From NCBI GenBank assembly GCA_016432425.1, contig CP066688.1, positions 20,368 through 84,367 on the forward strand: 64,000 nucleotides of DNA, written 5' to 3'. Within the stretch, counting starts at the first letter, position 1. Each line of letters starts with the position of its first letter. The stretch comes from Candidatus Daviesbacteria bacterium. Its GTDB lineage: Bacteria; Patescibacteriota; Microgenomatia; Daviesbacterales; UBA10151. The notes beneath the pieces are model-generated. The model was not told where the DNA came from. It saw only the letters and a list, made by a program, of their open reading frames with translations, and did no database searches. This document shows, piece by piece, positions 47,447 through 57,829 of this stretch. The position numbers and the translations under genes were made by a program.

Positions 47447-48246
47447 TTTTGGGCAATTATCATTAGATCTGTACCCAAGTTTAGTTTAGAAATTATTAAA
47501 GAGGGAAATAATGTAACCAACTCACTAAAAAATCTTTTTTTAAAGTGAATTAAAGCAAAAATTAATTCTTTAAAAGGATTATCCAGATCAAAAATACCAG
47601 AAGCTCTCTCAGAGTAAATAATTTTAAACTTAAATTCTCTTAATAAAATCTCCAAAGAGAAGTAAGTAAAATGCCATAAATGCTCCTCCGGCAGAAGCAA
47701 ACTCCAGCGGTACCCCTGTTTCCTGGCAGACCAAGAGCCAAAATTGGGCACATCAATATAAATAATTCCTCCTTTGTTCAATAAACTAAAACATTTTTTA
47801 ATAATCCTTCGAGGATTTTCTAAATGCTCCAAAGTGTGGTTTAAAATTATAATATCAAAATTATCCTTAAATTTAATATTTTCAAATTTATCAACAATTA
47901 CTTTAAGGCCTTTTCCTGCTGCAATTTTGGCTGCCCCTGCAGACATCTCTACCCCATAAACAGTAAAACCACGGTCTTGCAGTAGTTGCAGCATTACTCC
48001 TATAGAACAGCCAATTTCTAAAACCTTGCCTGATTTTTTAAAATCAGAGATAATTTTAACCCGCTTTTGAAAAATATTTTTAAATAACTCCGGCTCATTA
48101 ATATAAGTTTCATCACGATGATAATCTCCTACCTGAGAAAATAGATCTCCGGTTATTCCTAATCCACAATTTTTACATTGAGAAATTTCTTTGTCTCCAA
48201 CTGTACAATATAAATCTGCCGCTTGGTTGCAAATAAAACAGTTCAC
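47443..48246 (-). CDS. Class I SAM-dependent methyltransferase with N-terminal Cys pairs
   Basis: CFIC...CKNC, VLEIGCSIG, HTLEHL, DVPN, EHLWHF. Confidence 0.88.
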   Translation of the reverse strand: MNCFICNQAADLYCTVGDKEISQCKNCGLGITGDLFSQVGDYHRDETYINEPELFKNIFQKRVKIISDFKKSGKVLEIGCSIGVMLQLLQDRGFTVYGVEMSAGAAKIAAGKGLKVIVDKFENIKFKDNFDIIILNHTLEHLENPRRIIKKCFSLLNKGGIIYIDVPNFGSWSARKQGYRWSLLLPEEHLWHFTYFSLEILLREFKFKIIYSERASGIFDLDNPFKELIFALIHFKKRFFSELVTLFPSLIISKLNLGTDLMIIAQK

Positions 48247-49071
48247 TTAGCTTAGCCTCCTCTTAATTTTTTTCAAGGGAGTTTGGAAAAAAGCGGGGAT
48301 TTTGTATTTTAAAGGCATTTTCTTTAAAGGATTTTCTACCAAAGTGGGGTATTTTTTAAAAAATACCCCGGGAAGTTTAAAATCTTTGGGGAAAGGAGTA
48401 CCCAGTTCATATTTAAATCTCATTTGTCTTTCAAAAACCTCCCCATCTTTACTGGATCTTCTTAAATGGCTGGCATGTAAATAAGGAGCATCTAAAAAGA
48501 GCAATTTGTCTTCTCCCCGCTCATAAATTAATTTACCGTCCTTATCAAAATAACCCTCGCGGAAAAACCCTTGTTGGTTGGAATGAGTTTCTATATGCAG
48601 CCCGGGGATTTTCATATTAATAGCCCGGACATTAAAATGTCCTTTACGACCAGCAATTTGATACTCACCACCCAGCTCTTCCTGATAATGGAAAATATCT
48701 CCCAATAACATATAAGTGGGAACTACCATACATTCTGCACTATCATTTTGCTCCATGGCAGATGTGAGTTTCCGAATTGAGCCATCCGGCCAAATCTCAT
48801 CTCCATCTAAAATTAAAATCCAGTCTGCTTTTGTTTCATCTAACATCTGCTGGCGATACTTCCCCAGCTCAATCATATCTTTGTTTTTGGGATACTCCTT
48901 TAAAACAATTTTTTTGTTTTTAATGGTTTTAATAATTTCTACAGTATGGTCAGTTGATCCCAAATCATAGACCAAAACCCGATCTACCCAGTCTATGACA
49001 CTATTTATGGCAAACCAGATAAATCTTTCTTCATTCCTAACTAAACAATGTACCCAAATTTTTATTTTCAT
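48247..49071 (-). CDS. GT2 glycosyltransferase
   Basis: VRNEE, DLGSTD, LDGDE; start moved to ATG 49071 (ATGA overlap). Confidence 0.85.
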   Translation of the reverse strand: MKIKIWVHCLVRNEERFIWFAINSVIDWVDRVLVYDLGSTDHTVEIIKTIKNKKIVLKEYPKNKDMIELGKYRQQMLDETKADWILILDGDEIWPDGSIRKLTSAMEQNDSAECMVVPTYMLLGDIFHYQEELGGEYQIAGRKGHFNVRAINMKIPGLHIETHSNQQGFFREGYFDKDGKLIYERGEDKLLFLDAPYLHASHLRRSSKDGEVFERQMRFKYELGTPFPKDFKLPGVFFKKYPTLVENPLKKMPLKYKIPAFFQTPLKKIKRRLS

Positions 49072-50333
49072 GTTTTTCTGGCAAACTCCTTGACTGCCCA
49101 AAAAGTCGGCAGGATAAAATTTAATATGTTGCCAACTAATACGGTGGCTGCCGCCCCTTCAATTCCCCATAGCGGTATCAATTTGATACTTAAAAAAATC
49201 ACCATTAATAAATTAATAATGGAAAAGATTACAAAAACTTGTGGTTTGGCAAAGTAATAAAAGATGGACTGATGGGCTGGTACGGAAAGCAAAAAAAGCA
49301 GTTGAGCAATAAATAAAATAGTAAATGCTCTGACACTGCCTTCAAAAACCGATCCATAAATTAAGGGAATTAATAAATTGGCCACCGGAATTAATAAAAT
49401 TCCCAAAAACGCCAGTCCTAAAACGAGCAGCTCTACCTTTTTAAAATAATTCCAAGCCTGACTTCTGGTATTGAAACTGGCAAATTTAGGGGCCACCACC
49501 GCAGCTAAGGCAAAAATTAGCTGCGGTAAAACTCCGGCAACCTGCAAAGCCACCCCATATAGACCAACCTGTCCAATAGATAAAAATTTAGCAGCCATGA
49601 AAGTGTCCACTCTGGCACCTAAAGCTGCCACAATAGTCAAAAGTATCATCCATCTATTAAATTTAAAAAATTCCTTGATCACTGATTGTTCATTTTTCTC
49701 TACTAAAAAATTAGGCAAAAGAAACAACCCTAAAAAGAAAAAAATAAAAGGAATAACAATGTAGATTATTAAGGTATTTTCTAAAGTTAATCCAACAGTT
49801 AATGAAAGAAGCAAAATAAGAACTAACCGGATGGAGTTAGAGGTGATATTAAATGCCGACCAAACCCAGTATTTTTGTAGCCCTTGAAAAGATGTAGCAA
49901 TAAAAGAAAAAAACATTGCTCCCCCTGCCCCTAACAAAGACATTCTTAAGGGTTGTACCAGCTCTGACTTCCCGAAAAAGCTCTGTGCTAAAATGGGCGC
50001 AATTAACCAGCCAAATATGGCAACTGTCAGCCAAACTAATATTTTTATCTCTAGCCCCAATTTTAAGAAAAGTTTATATTTACCATTAAGGTATTTACTG
50101 ATAAACCTAATTATCCCTGTATCTATGCCTAGACTGCCAATATCTGCGAGTATTGTAATGGTAGCAACAGCTATGGTAAAAATCCCGAAATTTTCCGATC
50201 CCAGGCTGCGAGCCACTAATATGTAAAATAAAATTCCCAAAACTCCATTGATGACAGTTCCGGAAGTGGTCACAAAAGAATCTTTTAAGGTTTTAGTTTG
50301 TAAAGCTAGTTTAAAAGTATTAATTAATTCCAT
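49068..50333 (-). CDS. wzx: Wzx/MOP-family polysaccharide flippase
   Basis: ~12 TM; ARSLGSENFG, VGLYGVA, LIPLWGIEGAA. Confidence 0.85.
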   Translation of the reverse strand: MELINTFKLALQTKTLKDSFVTTSGTVINGVLGILFYILVARSLGSENFGIFTIAVATITILADIGSLGIDTGIIRFISKYLNGKYKLFLKLGLEIKILVWLTVAIFGWLIAPILAQSFFGKSELVQPLRMSLLGAGGAMFFSFIATSFQGLQKYWVWSAFNITSNSIRLVLILLLSLTVGLTLENTLIIYIVIPFIFFFLGLFLLPNFLVEKNEQSVIKEFFKFNRWMILLTIVAALGARVDTFMAAKFLSIGQVGLYGVALQVAGVLPQLIFALAAVVAPKFASFNTRSQAWNYFKKVELLVLGLAFLGILLIPVANLLIPLIYGSVFEGSVRAFTILFIAQLLFLLSVPAHQSIFYYFAKPQVFVIFSIINLLMVIFLSIKLIPLWGIEGAAATVLVGNILNFILPTFWAVKEFARKT

Positions 50334-53028
50334 AAATTTTTCTTCTTAGGAAATATACCAAGCCACCCACTATTATGACAAGAACAGTTGCCATGGAAAG
50401 ATAAACACTAAATTTGACTGATGATTGGGGCAAATATTGTAACTGCAAGCTTTGAGGCTGGTCTACATAAAAACCATTGATCATGGAATATAAAGGAAAA
50501 TGAGGAGTATTATTTATATTCCAATCTCTATTATAGTGATCAGTAAAAATTATCCATTTGTTGCCTTCATTTAGAGAAATCAGATAATTAGTCGGGTTGT
50601 GCATTTGATAACCAACTTCTTGATATTGTAAATCCTTAAGCTTTTTTTCTATTTGTGTATCTAAGTTAATATGTTCATATTTTTCTATAATTTGATTGGA
50701 TAAACTTAAGGCCTCCTGATAATCTTGCTCTGGTATTAGAGCTATAACGTTGACGGCATTAAACCCGCCCAAATTTTCTAAGCTAATATTTTCATTACCC
50801 TTTTGCAAACTAAGTGGTCCGAGTACATTCCATTTAAAAGAATCTATATTTTTTAAAATTTCCTGGTTTTTAAAATTAATCCTGATTCCTGCACTCTCTT
50901 GATTAGAGATAGTCCTCAGAGCTAGGCGATACTGGCCATTTTGAGGTACCGGAATTTTAAATTGTAATTTTTCATCTTTGATGGACGAAAAATACAAACC
51001 TCGATTAAACCCTAAATCTTTGACTGCAATACCATTTTTTAAAAGTTCATATTTCCAGTTAAGATACTGATTGCTCTTATATACCCCCCAATTATTAAAG
51101 CTGGGAACAAATTCCAAAAAGTTACGCTGTTTTAGTGCCAAAGCCAAATCAATATTATTTCTCTGATTTAAAATTAAATAAGCTGACTGCTTGGGTAAAG
51201 AGACTAACTGGTCCGGATTAAATAATCCATCCTCTACAAAAATAAAACCCTGATTATAGAGGTGAAAGTTAGTATATTTTGTTTTTAAGTTTTCATAAAT
51301 ACTGCCATCCCCCACTACTATAATCACTTTTTCCTGGGTAAAAATCTTGGGGTTGGGGTCTGAAACCTGGTAGCCAGGAAAGGAAATGGGCCAGTTTAGT
51401 ACTTTAAAACTAGTGTTTTGGCTAAGAAAATCTACAAATTTTTCTCTGTCCTTTCTTTCTTGATCGGTCCAGGTTTTTTTTCTGGGGTTTTCCGGGAAAA
51501 AAGCATATTTAATTCCCAATAGTTTAAACCAATCTGATAACTGGCTGTGATGAAGAAAATAAAATAAGTCATATTCTCCCTGAATCATTAAAGCAAAGGG
51601 GAGGTCTTTGTAAAGATTATTGGCAGAGATTGCTTCCTTACCCCAAACCGCATATCCCAAAGGCGGCTTTTCCGGAAACCATACTGACCTAAAAAAAGGC
51701 TCTGACGCTTTTAAATTCCCTGCAATAGTGGAGAAGCTAGGATCCGAAGGTTTTAAGGATAAAGTTCCGGTCAAGCCTCCAAAAGCCGGGGATATTAAAA
51801 TCAGTAAAAAAATATAGACAAAGACAAAAAAAATATTTTTTTTCTTTGGTAATTTTAAAGCAATTTGGCAGACGCTAAATGAAAGCAGCAGTGAAGCAAA
51901 TAAGATTTGCGGGATAAAAAATTTTGAAGAATCCCGAAAGAGAAATCCTAAGGGAATATTATTAACTAAAAATGTATACCAAAGACCCAACGGCTCACTA
52001 CTGCCTTTAGTAATAAAGGCCAGTACTAAAAATATTAAGCCAAAAATTAAAAATTGTTTTTTGCGAGCTAACAAACCACCAAACAGTAACAGCGGAACGA
52101 AAGCGAAATAAAAAGGAACATTGATCGAGCGGCCAAATTCATTTAAGGGGAATTGGGGTTGATAAATAAATAAAGAATTAGTCAGTGAGACAATGCCTTC
52201 TAATTTATCAACTCCGATATTTAAACCTACAGAATTAAAATTTAACCAAGTAGGTAATATCCAAAAAAGATCTGCTAGAAAAGTACTAATTAATAAAACA
52301 GCCACCCCAAAAAGTTTTGAGGATAAATTGACTTTTAATTTATCTAAGTCACCAATCAAAATTAGAAAAACTGTCAAAAGGAGTAGTAAAAAAATTCTCA
52401 TGTCAATATTGGTAAGTAGTAGTAAAAATAAAAGCGACAGGAAAAAATATTTTTTAGTTTCCAGATGTAAATATTGGTAGAGAAAATGAGCTGTTAAAGG
52501 GAACAGGCCATAAGCTAGAGCCACCCCGATTTGTCCTCCATCCGCTACCATCAAAAAATAAGTATTGAAACTGTAAAAAAAACTGCCTAAAAATTTAGGA
52601 ATTTTACCTCCGCCAACTGGCGGAGGCAAGCTCTGCTTACCCTGAACATGGTGAATGGGCAAGCTCTGCTTATCTTTGACAAAACTACCTATTAAAAACC
52701 ATGCTCCCAAGAAAGAAATTAAAGTAGCGGGCAGATAAAAAATAATCCTCACTAAAATATTATTTTCTATTCCTAAAAAATCATTGACTAAACCATATAA
52801 ATAAGTAGGCAAGTAGAGCCAAAGTACATTAAATTGAGGGGCGCCAAAATTATCATTTCTGATATCCCAAGTAAAAGGAAAATTAAACAGCTCTTTCAAA
52901 TTTTCCGGGTAGAAAAAAGGAGCATCACCCCAAGATAGCGGAGAATTGGTAAAAAATGCTCGATAAATTAGTAAATAGGGAACTAAAAAAGCTAAACCGG
53001 CCAAGAAGAGATAAACTTTACTTTTCAT
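50320..53028 (-). CDS. Large GT-C (YfhO/AftD-like) membrane protein with an in-frame 22-aa repeat insert
   Basis: N-terminal polytopic region, FRDSSKF, extracellular domain, C-terminal TM; insert KQSLPIHHVQG-KQSLPPPVGGG. Confidence 0.75.
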   Translation of the reverse strand: MKSKVYLFLAGLAFLVPYLLIYRAFFTNSPLSWGDAPFFYPENLKELFNFPFTWDIRNDNFGAPQFNVLWLYLPTYLYGLVNDFLGIENNILVRIIFYLPATLISFLGAWFLIGSFVKDKQSLPIHHVQGKQSLPPPVGGGKIPKFLGSFFYSFNTYFLMVADGGQIGVALAYGLFPLTAHFLYQYLHLETKKYFFLSLLFLLLLTNIDMRIFLLLLLTVFLILIGDLDKLKVNLSSKLFGVAVLLISTFLADLFWILPTWLNFNSVGLNIGVDKLEGIVSLTNSLFIYQPQFPLNEFGRSINVPFYFAFVPLLLFGGLLARKKQFLIFGLIFLVLAFITKGSSEPLGLWYTFLVNNIPLGFLFRDSSKFFIPQILFASLLLSFSVCQIALKLPKKKNIFFVFVYIFLLILISPAFGGLTGTLSLKPSDPSFSTIAGNLKASEPFFRSVWFPEKPPLGYAVWGKEAISANNLYKDLPFALMIQGEYDLFYFLHHSQLSDWFKLLGIKYAFFPENPRKKTWTDQERKDREKFVDFLSQNTSFKVLNWPISFPGYQVSDPNPKIFTQEKVIIVVGDGSIYENLKTKYTNFHLYNQGFIFVEDGLFNPDQLVSLPKQSAYLILNQRNNIDLALALKQRNFLEFVPSFNNWGVYKSNQYLNWKYELLKNGIAVKDLGFNRGLYFSSIKDEKLQFKIPVPQNGQYRLALRTISNQESAGIRINFKNQEILKNIDSFKWNVLGPLSLQKGNENISLENLGGFNAVNVIALIPEQDYQEALSLSNQIIEKYEHINLDTQIEKKLKDLQYQEVGYQMHNPTNYLISLNEGNKWIIFTDHYNRDWNINNTPHFPLYSMINGFYVDQPQSLQLQYLPQSSVKFSVYLSMATVLVIIVGGLVYFLRRKIYGIN
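52607..52672. repeat. Micro-array: two 33-bp units of hairpin + CAAGCTCTGCTTA, in frame in CDS
   Basis: CCTCCGCCAACTGGCGGAGG-CAAGCTCTGCTTA-CCCTGAACATGGTGAATGGG-CAAGCTCTGCTTA, preceded by TTA. Confidence 0.9.
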
Positions 53029-53088
53029 AAACTAATGAATTTTAACCATTATCTTAAATTTTATAACTAACGCATGTGCGAATACAAA

Positions 53089-53117
53089 TTGACACAACCA
53101 ATTTAACTATTTAGAAT
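53089..53117 (+). promoter_or_regulatory. Promoter of the plus-strand rmlD block
   Basis: TTGACA, 17 bp, TAGAAT, 11 nt before the ATG. Confidence 0.65.
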
Positions 53118-53128
53118 GAGCTAATCGC

Positions 53129-54019
53129 ATGGAAAAATCTCCGCTAATATTAATGTTAGGGGCAACCGGACTAGTAGCCTCCCAAATTTTAGAAGATTGG
53201 CACCATCCCAGTAATATTCTTACTCCCGGAATTGCCGATTTAGATATATTAAATCAGGAAGCTTTAGCTGTCTATTTAAGAAAAAATCCTACTCCTGTAA
53301 TTATTAACTTTGTCGGTTTCACTAATTTACCGGAGGCAGAAAAAGATAAAGGGAATAAGAAAGGGCTGTGTTGGCAGCTAAATGTCGGAGCCAGCGCCCG
53401 CTTAGCTCAAATTTGCCAAGAAGAGGACATCTTCTTAATACATATCTCCACTGACAATGTTTTTTATGGATTAAAAAGCGATCCCGGGCCCTACAGCGAA
53501 AACCACCCGCTAATGGATGATCATACCCAAGTAAACTGGTATGGATACACTAAAGCACAGGGAGAATTAGCTATTAGAAATAGCAGTATCAAATCAGCCA
53601 TTGTGAGAATCTCCCACCCTTTTGGCAATCCCCAAATAGACCGTGATTTTGCCCAAAAAGTCATTACTTATATTAATGCCGGATACACCCTCTTTGATGA
53701 TCAACATTTTACTCCCACTTATTTACCGGATTTATCCCTAGCGCTTAAAAAAATCGCTGACGAGCAAATTTCTGGTATTTACCATGTAGCTTGCCAGCCT
53801 GTATCTACCCCTTTTGAGTTTGCAGAATATATTGCCAAACAAAAAAAATTAGCTCAAGTTAAAGTGGGGAAGATTGATGAATGGACAGAGAAAAATCCCA
53901 ATAGCTACCCTAGAGTAAAGTTTGGTGGACTAGAAACTGATTTTACCCAAGCAATTTTGCAGGTAAAATTCCATTCCTGGCCAGAAGCTTTAGATGAGTT
54001 TTTACCGAAAATTAAATAG
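53129..54019 (+). CDS. rmlD: dTDP-4-dehydrorhamnose reductase-like SDR
   Basis: GATGLVA, HISTDNVF, YGYTK, DDQHFTPTY. Confidence 0.8.
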   Translation: MEKSPLILMLGATGLVASQILEDWHHPSNILTPGIADLDILNQEALAVYLRKNPTPVIINFVGFTNLPEAEKDKGNKKGLCWQLNVGASARLAQICQEEDIFLIHISTDNVFYGLKSDPGPYSENHPLMDDHTQVNWYGYTKAQGELAIRNSSIKSAIVRISHPFGNPQIDRDFAQKVITYINAGYTLFDDQHFTPTYLPDLSLALKKIADEQISGIYHVACQPVSTPFEFAEYIAKQKKLAQVKVGKIDEWTEKNPNSYPRVKFGGLETDFTQAILQVKFHSWPEALDEFLPKIK

Positions 54020-55186
54020 ATGAAACTGCGCCTTTTAGTAGCTGCCGGTTCTTTTTTAGTAACTTTAATAATTTTAGAACTATCTTTAAGATCTTATTAC
54101 TGGCTCTCTGCCCAACAATTTTTTCATCCTAACCCCCAAGAAACTACTATCACTTGGCAAAATGATCCGCTGTTAGGACGAAGGCTAACTCCTAAGCAGC
54201 AGGGTTGGTTTGTAAGCTCCACCAAGGAATATTTTACCTGGATTACAGTTAACCAAGCAGGCTGGCCTGATGCAGATCACTCCTTTGCCAAACCAGCTGA
54301 CACTTTCCGAATTGTGATTATTGGCGACTCTTTTGTAGAAAATTTTCAAGTGCCATTTCATCAAACTTTCTTTCGCCAGTTACAAGACAAATTAAATAAT
54401 AAATTACTTGATAAAAAGATCGAGGTGATTGCTTTGGGGCTAGGTGACAGCGGCACTGCCCAGCAGTATTTAATACTTAAAAATTATGCCTTAATTTATC
54501 AACCGGATTTAGTTATTCAATTTTTCTTTTCCGGTAATGATGTTAAAAATAATTCTCTTATTTTGCAAGGTGATCCCCATCGTCCTTATTTTAAATTAGA
54601 AAACAACCAAGTAGTATTACAGTCATTTACTACCAAAAACAGCCTCTTCCCCCAAAATATGCTAATCTTTTTTAAAGATCATTCCAAATTACTCACTTTA
54701 ATTTTAAATTTTAAAGGGCAAATCATCAATCGCTTTAGTACTGATTTAAATGATTACCCCATTGATTATCATGTTTATGACCAAAATCCTTCTGCTGATT
54801 ATCAAGCTGCCTGGGAACTAACTTTGCGGCTTTTGCTCCTGGAAAAACAAACCGCAGAAACTGCTGGGGCTAAATTTTTACTGGTAACCTTAGCTAATAA
54901 TGAACAGGTTAACAAAAATGTTTGGCCAGAAATACAAAATACTTACCCCAAATTAAAAACTGCCAGTTTGGATTTAAAGAAACCGGATGAAATCTTAGCT
55001 GAGTTTTGCCAAATTAATAATTTGGACTGTTTATTTACGCTGTCCTTTTTTCAAGATTTTGTGAAACAAAATCCAGCCACCCCGACTCATTTTCAAAAAG
55101 ACGGCCATTGGAGTCAAACAGGAACTAATTTAGTGGCTAATTTTTTAACAGAAAAATTAGCGCCCATGTTAGAATTTAAAAGATAA
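54020..55186 (+). CDS. SGNH/GDSL hydrolase-family membrane-anchored protein
   Basis: IGDSF, GTAQQY, GND, DGHW. Confidence 0.85.
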   Translation: MKLRLLVAAGSFLVTLIILELSLRSYYWLSAQQFFHPNPQETTITWQNDPLLGRRLTPKQQGWFVSSTKEYFTWITVNQAGWPDADHSFAKPADTFRIVIIGDSFVENFQVPFHQTFFRQLQDKLNNKLLDKKIEVIALGLGDSGTAQQYLILKNYALIYQPDLVIQFFFSGNDVKNNSLILQGDPHRPYFKLENNQVVLQSFTTKNSLFPQNMLIFFKDHSKLLTLILNFKGQIINRFSTDLNDYPIDYHVYDQNPSADYQAAWELTLRLLLLEKQTAETAGAKFLLVTLANNEQVNKNVWPEIQNTYPKLKTASLDLKKPDEILAEFCQINNLDCLFTLSFFQDFVKQNPATPTHFQKDGHWSQTGTNLVANFLTEKLAPMLEFKR

Positions 55187-55830
55187 TGACTAAACCTAAA
55201 GAAAAAACTCTGACTGCTATTTGGCAACAAGTTCCGGCAGACTATTACGACCAAGGAATGCAGAATAATTTTCTGCAATTTATTTGGCACCGACAAAAGT
55301 GGACCTTTTTCCGAAAACTTATGGAGGGAGTAAAATTTAAATTAATTTTAGATGTTGGTTGTGCCAGCGGCACTTTTACCAACAGGTTAACGGAACTTTT
55401 CCCTCAGGCAAAAATTTATGGAGTGGATGCTTACAGTTCTGCCATTAAATTTGCCCAAAAAAAATATCCTCATCTAAATTTTTTGAAAGCCGACGCTCAC
55501 CAGCTACCCTTTAAACAAAATTCTTTTGACTTAGTTATTTGCTATGAAACCATTGAGCACGTAGTCGACCCGCTCCAGGTTTTAAGACAGATGCACAGAA
55601 TTTTAAAAAAAGACGGTCTGGCCATTTTGGCAATGGACTCGGGTAATTTGATGTTTAGAACTATTTGGTGGTTCTGGGGAAAAACCAAGGGTCGGGTTTG
55701 GGAAGGGGCACATTTGCACCCTTTTCATCATGACCATTTGGAAGAAATTGTGCAAAAAAGTGGTTTTAAAATTCAACAGAAAAAATTTTCCCACTTCGGA
55801 ATGGAAGTAGTGTTCGTTCTCAAAAAATGA
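55186..55830 (+). CDS. Class I SAM-dependent methyltransferase
   Basis: LDVGCASG, ADAHQLPF, ETIEHV. Confidence 0.9.
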   Translation: MTKPKEKTLTAIWQQVPADYYDQGMQNNFLQFIWHRQKWTFFRKLMEGVKFKLILDVGCASGTFTNRLTELFPQAKIYGVDAYSSAIKFAQKKYPHLNFLKADAHQLPFKQNSFDLVICYETIEHVVDPLQVLRQMHRILKKDGLAILAMDSGNLMFRTIWWFWGKTKGRVWEGAHLHPFHHDHLEEIVQKSGFKIQQKKFSHFGMEVVFVLKK

Positions 55831-55880
55831 AGGGGATCTTCTAATTGCATTATGAGGGGGACCCTCTAATTATATTATGA
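55827..55880 (+). repeat. Two tandem 25-bp ATGA-bounded double-hairpin elements
   Basis: ATGA-AGGGGATCTTCTAATTGCATT-ATGA-GGGGGACCCTCTAATTATATT-ATGA; ATGA at 55827, 55852, 55877. Confidence 0.85.
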
Positions 55881-57829
55881 AAAATCGTATCTTAGTATTG
55901 TCTTTTTTATCCATACTAGTACTGCTACTGTTTCTACCATTTATTTTAAATCCTCAATTATTACTAAACCGCAATAATGATTTGCAGGAAGTTTTTGGCC
56001 CCATATTTTTGTTTATAAAACAGCAGGTAATTACCAACCACCAGTTCCCTTTTTGGAATAGTCCGTGGTTTGCCGGCCAACCACTACTACCAGATCCTCA
56101 ATTTTCCTTTTTTTATCCGCCTAATTTATTGTTCTTAATTTTACCAATTGGCACAGCATTCATTGTAACTTTCTTTTTTCATCTTTTAATGGGCGGGGTG
56201 GGAATTTTTTTAATTTCTTCTAATATTTTTAAACTCTCAAAATTTAGCAGTTTATTTAGCGCAACTTTATATATCAGCTCACCTAAAATCATGGGGTTCC
56301 TGGTGGCCGGCCATGTGGGATTGGTAGAATCCAGTGCTTGGATCCCTTGGGTAATTTTAGCCACCATTAAACTCTCTTCATCAGCCAACATCTACTGGGT
56401 ACTGCTGTTATCGGCAAGTTTAGCCGGGTTATTTTTTACTCATACAGTTATTTTTATGATCACTATAAGTAGCAGTATCGCATTATTTTTGTATTGTTTA
56501 ACTCTCCAAAGAAAAAATATTTCGTTATCATTCAGGTTTATATTTTTAGCACTCGTAGGTACCGGCGGGCTGACAGCAGTCACCTTGCTACCCCAGCTGG
56601 AATGGTTAAAATCTACTACCAGATTCTTACTATTAAATACTAGAGAAGTTTTTCCTCAATGGAACTCTGTCGGGGAATTTATTAAATCGGTACTGGCTTC
56701 CGTTTACAACCTAAAAAATTTACAAAATATTGACAGCGAAAAATGGCTGCCCTTGGGACTCTTGGTAATTATTTTGTCACTCATTGGTTTTTTAAATTTA
56801 AAGAGAAAATTTAAAATTATTTTGTCAGTAACTCTAGTCTCGATAACACTAATTTCTTTAAATAACGCTTCACCGCTCTATCAATTTTTTTTGAAATTAG
56901 ATCCATATGTCTTAATGCGAGTTTCTACCAGAGTTTGGTTTGTGACGATTATCATTACTACCTTCTTAGCTAGTTTAGGAATTGAATATATTAGAAAAAA
57001 ATTTGGATTTAAAATCGCCGTTGTTATTGCAATTTTAGCGGTAGCAGAATTGTATTCTATTTCCTGGATATATATGCTCAAACCAGTGGAGCAAATCAAT
57101 TTTGCTCCTATTGAAGTTACTAACTATTTTAAAAATGACCACAACCTCTATCGAGTTTTCTGTGTCACCAGATGTTTATCTCAAAAAGAAGCTGCTGAAA
57201 ATAAATTAGAACTTATCGAAGGATACAATACCATCCAGCAATACAATTATTATAAACAGTCCTGGCAGCTGATGGGCAATTACTGGAATTATTATACTTT
57301 AGCCATCCCCCCTTTCGGCATTACCGAGTATGAACAGCTCAAACCGGACGCAAAGTCCCTGGGGGAATTTAATACTAAATATATTATCTCTCCCTATCCG
57401 CTGGAGGATCAAAACTTGAAGCTAGATCAAAAAATTAACGATTTCTTTATTTATCAAAATAACCTTTTTAAACCGCGTTCATATTTTTTTGATGCCGAGA
57501 TAGGAATTTTAGATGGTGCTAAAATTAATTACTACTCCCCTAATTTAGTCCGTGTGGATACATCTGCAAAATTAGCCAGCAGGGTAATCTTGGCTCAAGT
57601 TTATAGCCCGGGCTGGAATGCTTATTTGAATGGGCAAGAAAAAACTCCGGTTCTGGAGCGGCCAAATGCTTTAATGTTGGTTGATATTAAACCCACCACT
57701 AAATATGTTGATTTTCGATACGAGCCCGGTAGTTTTAAAATCGGTTTAATAATTAGTTTAGTAACCTTATCCTTTTACTGTTTTCTTTTAATTAAGGGAA
57801 AGGTCAACTTAAAATGGCTGCAAATCTAA
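55877..57829 (+). CDS. YfhO-like GT-C membrane protein
   Basis: PFWNSPWFAGQP, FYPP, YSPGWNAYLNG, FRYEP, C-terminal TM. Confidence 0.8.
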   Translation: MKNRILVLSFLSILVLLLFLPFILNPQLLLNRNNDLQEVFGPIFLFIKQQVITNHQFPFWNSPWFAGQPLLPDPQFSFFYPPNLLFLILPIGTAFIVTFFFHLLMGGVGIFLISSNIFKLSKFSSLFSATLYISSPKIMGFLVAGHVGLVESSAWIPWVILATIKLSSSANIYWVLLLSASLAGLFFTHTVIFMITISSSIALFLYCLTLQRKNISLSFRFIFLALVGTGGLTAVTLLPQLEWLKSTTRFLLLNTREVFPQWNSVGEFIKSVLASVYNLKNLQNIDSEKWLPLGLLVIILSLIGFLNLKRKFKIILSVTLVSITLISLNNASPLYQFFLKLDPYVLMRVSTRVWFVTIIITTFLASLGIEYIRKKFGFKIAVVIAILAVAELYSISWIYMLKPVEQINFAPIEVTNYFKNDHNLYRVFCVTRCLSQKEAAENKLELIEGYNTIQQYNYYKQSWQLMGNYWNYYTLAIPPFGITEYEQLKPDAKSLGEFNTKYIISPYPLEDQNLKLDQKINDFFIYQNNLFKPRSYFFDAEIGILDGAKINYYSPNLVRVDTSAKLASRVILAQVYSPGWNAYLNGQEKTPVLERPNALMLVDIKPTTKYVDFRYEPGSFKIGLIISLVTLSFYCFLLIKGKVNLKWLQI

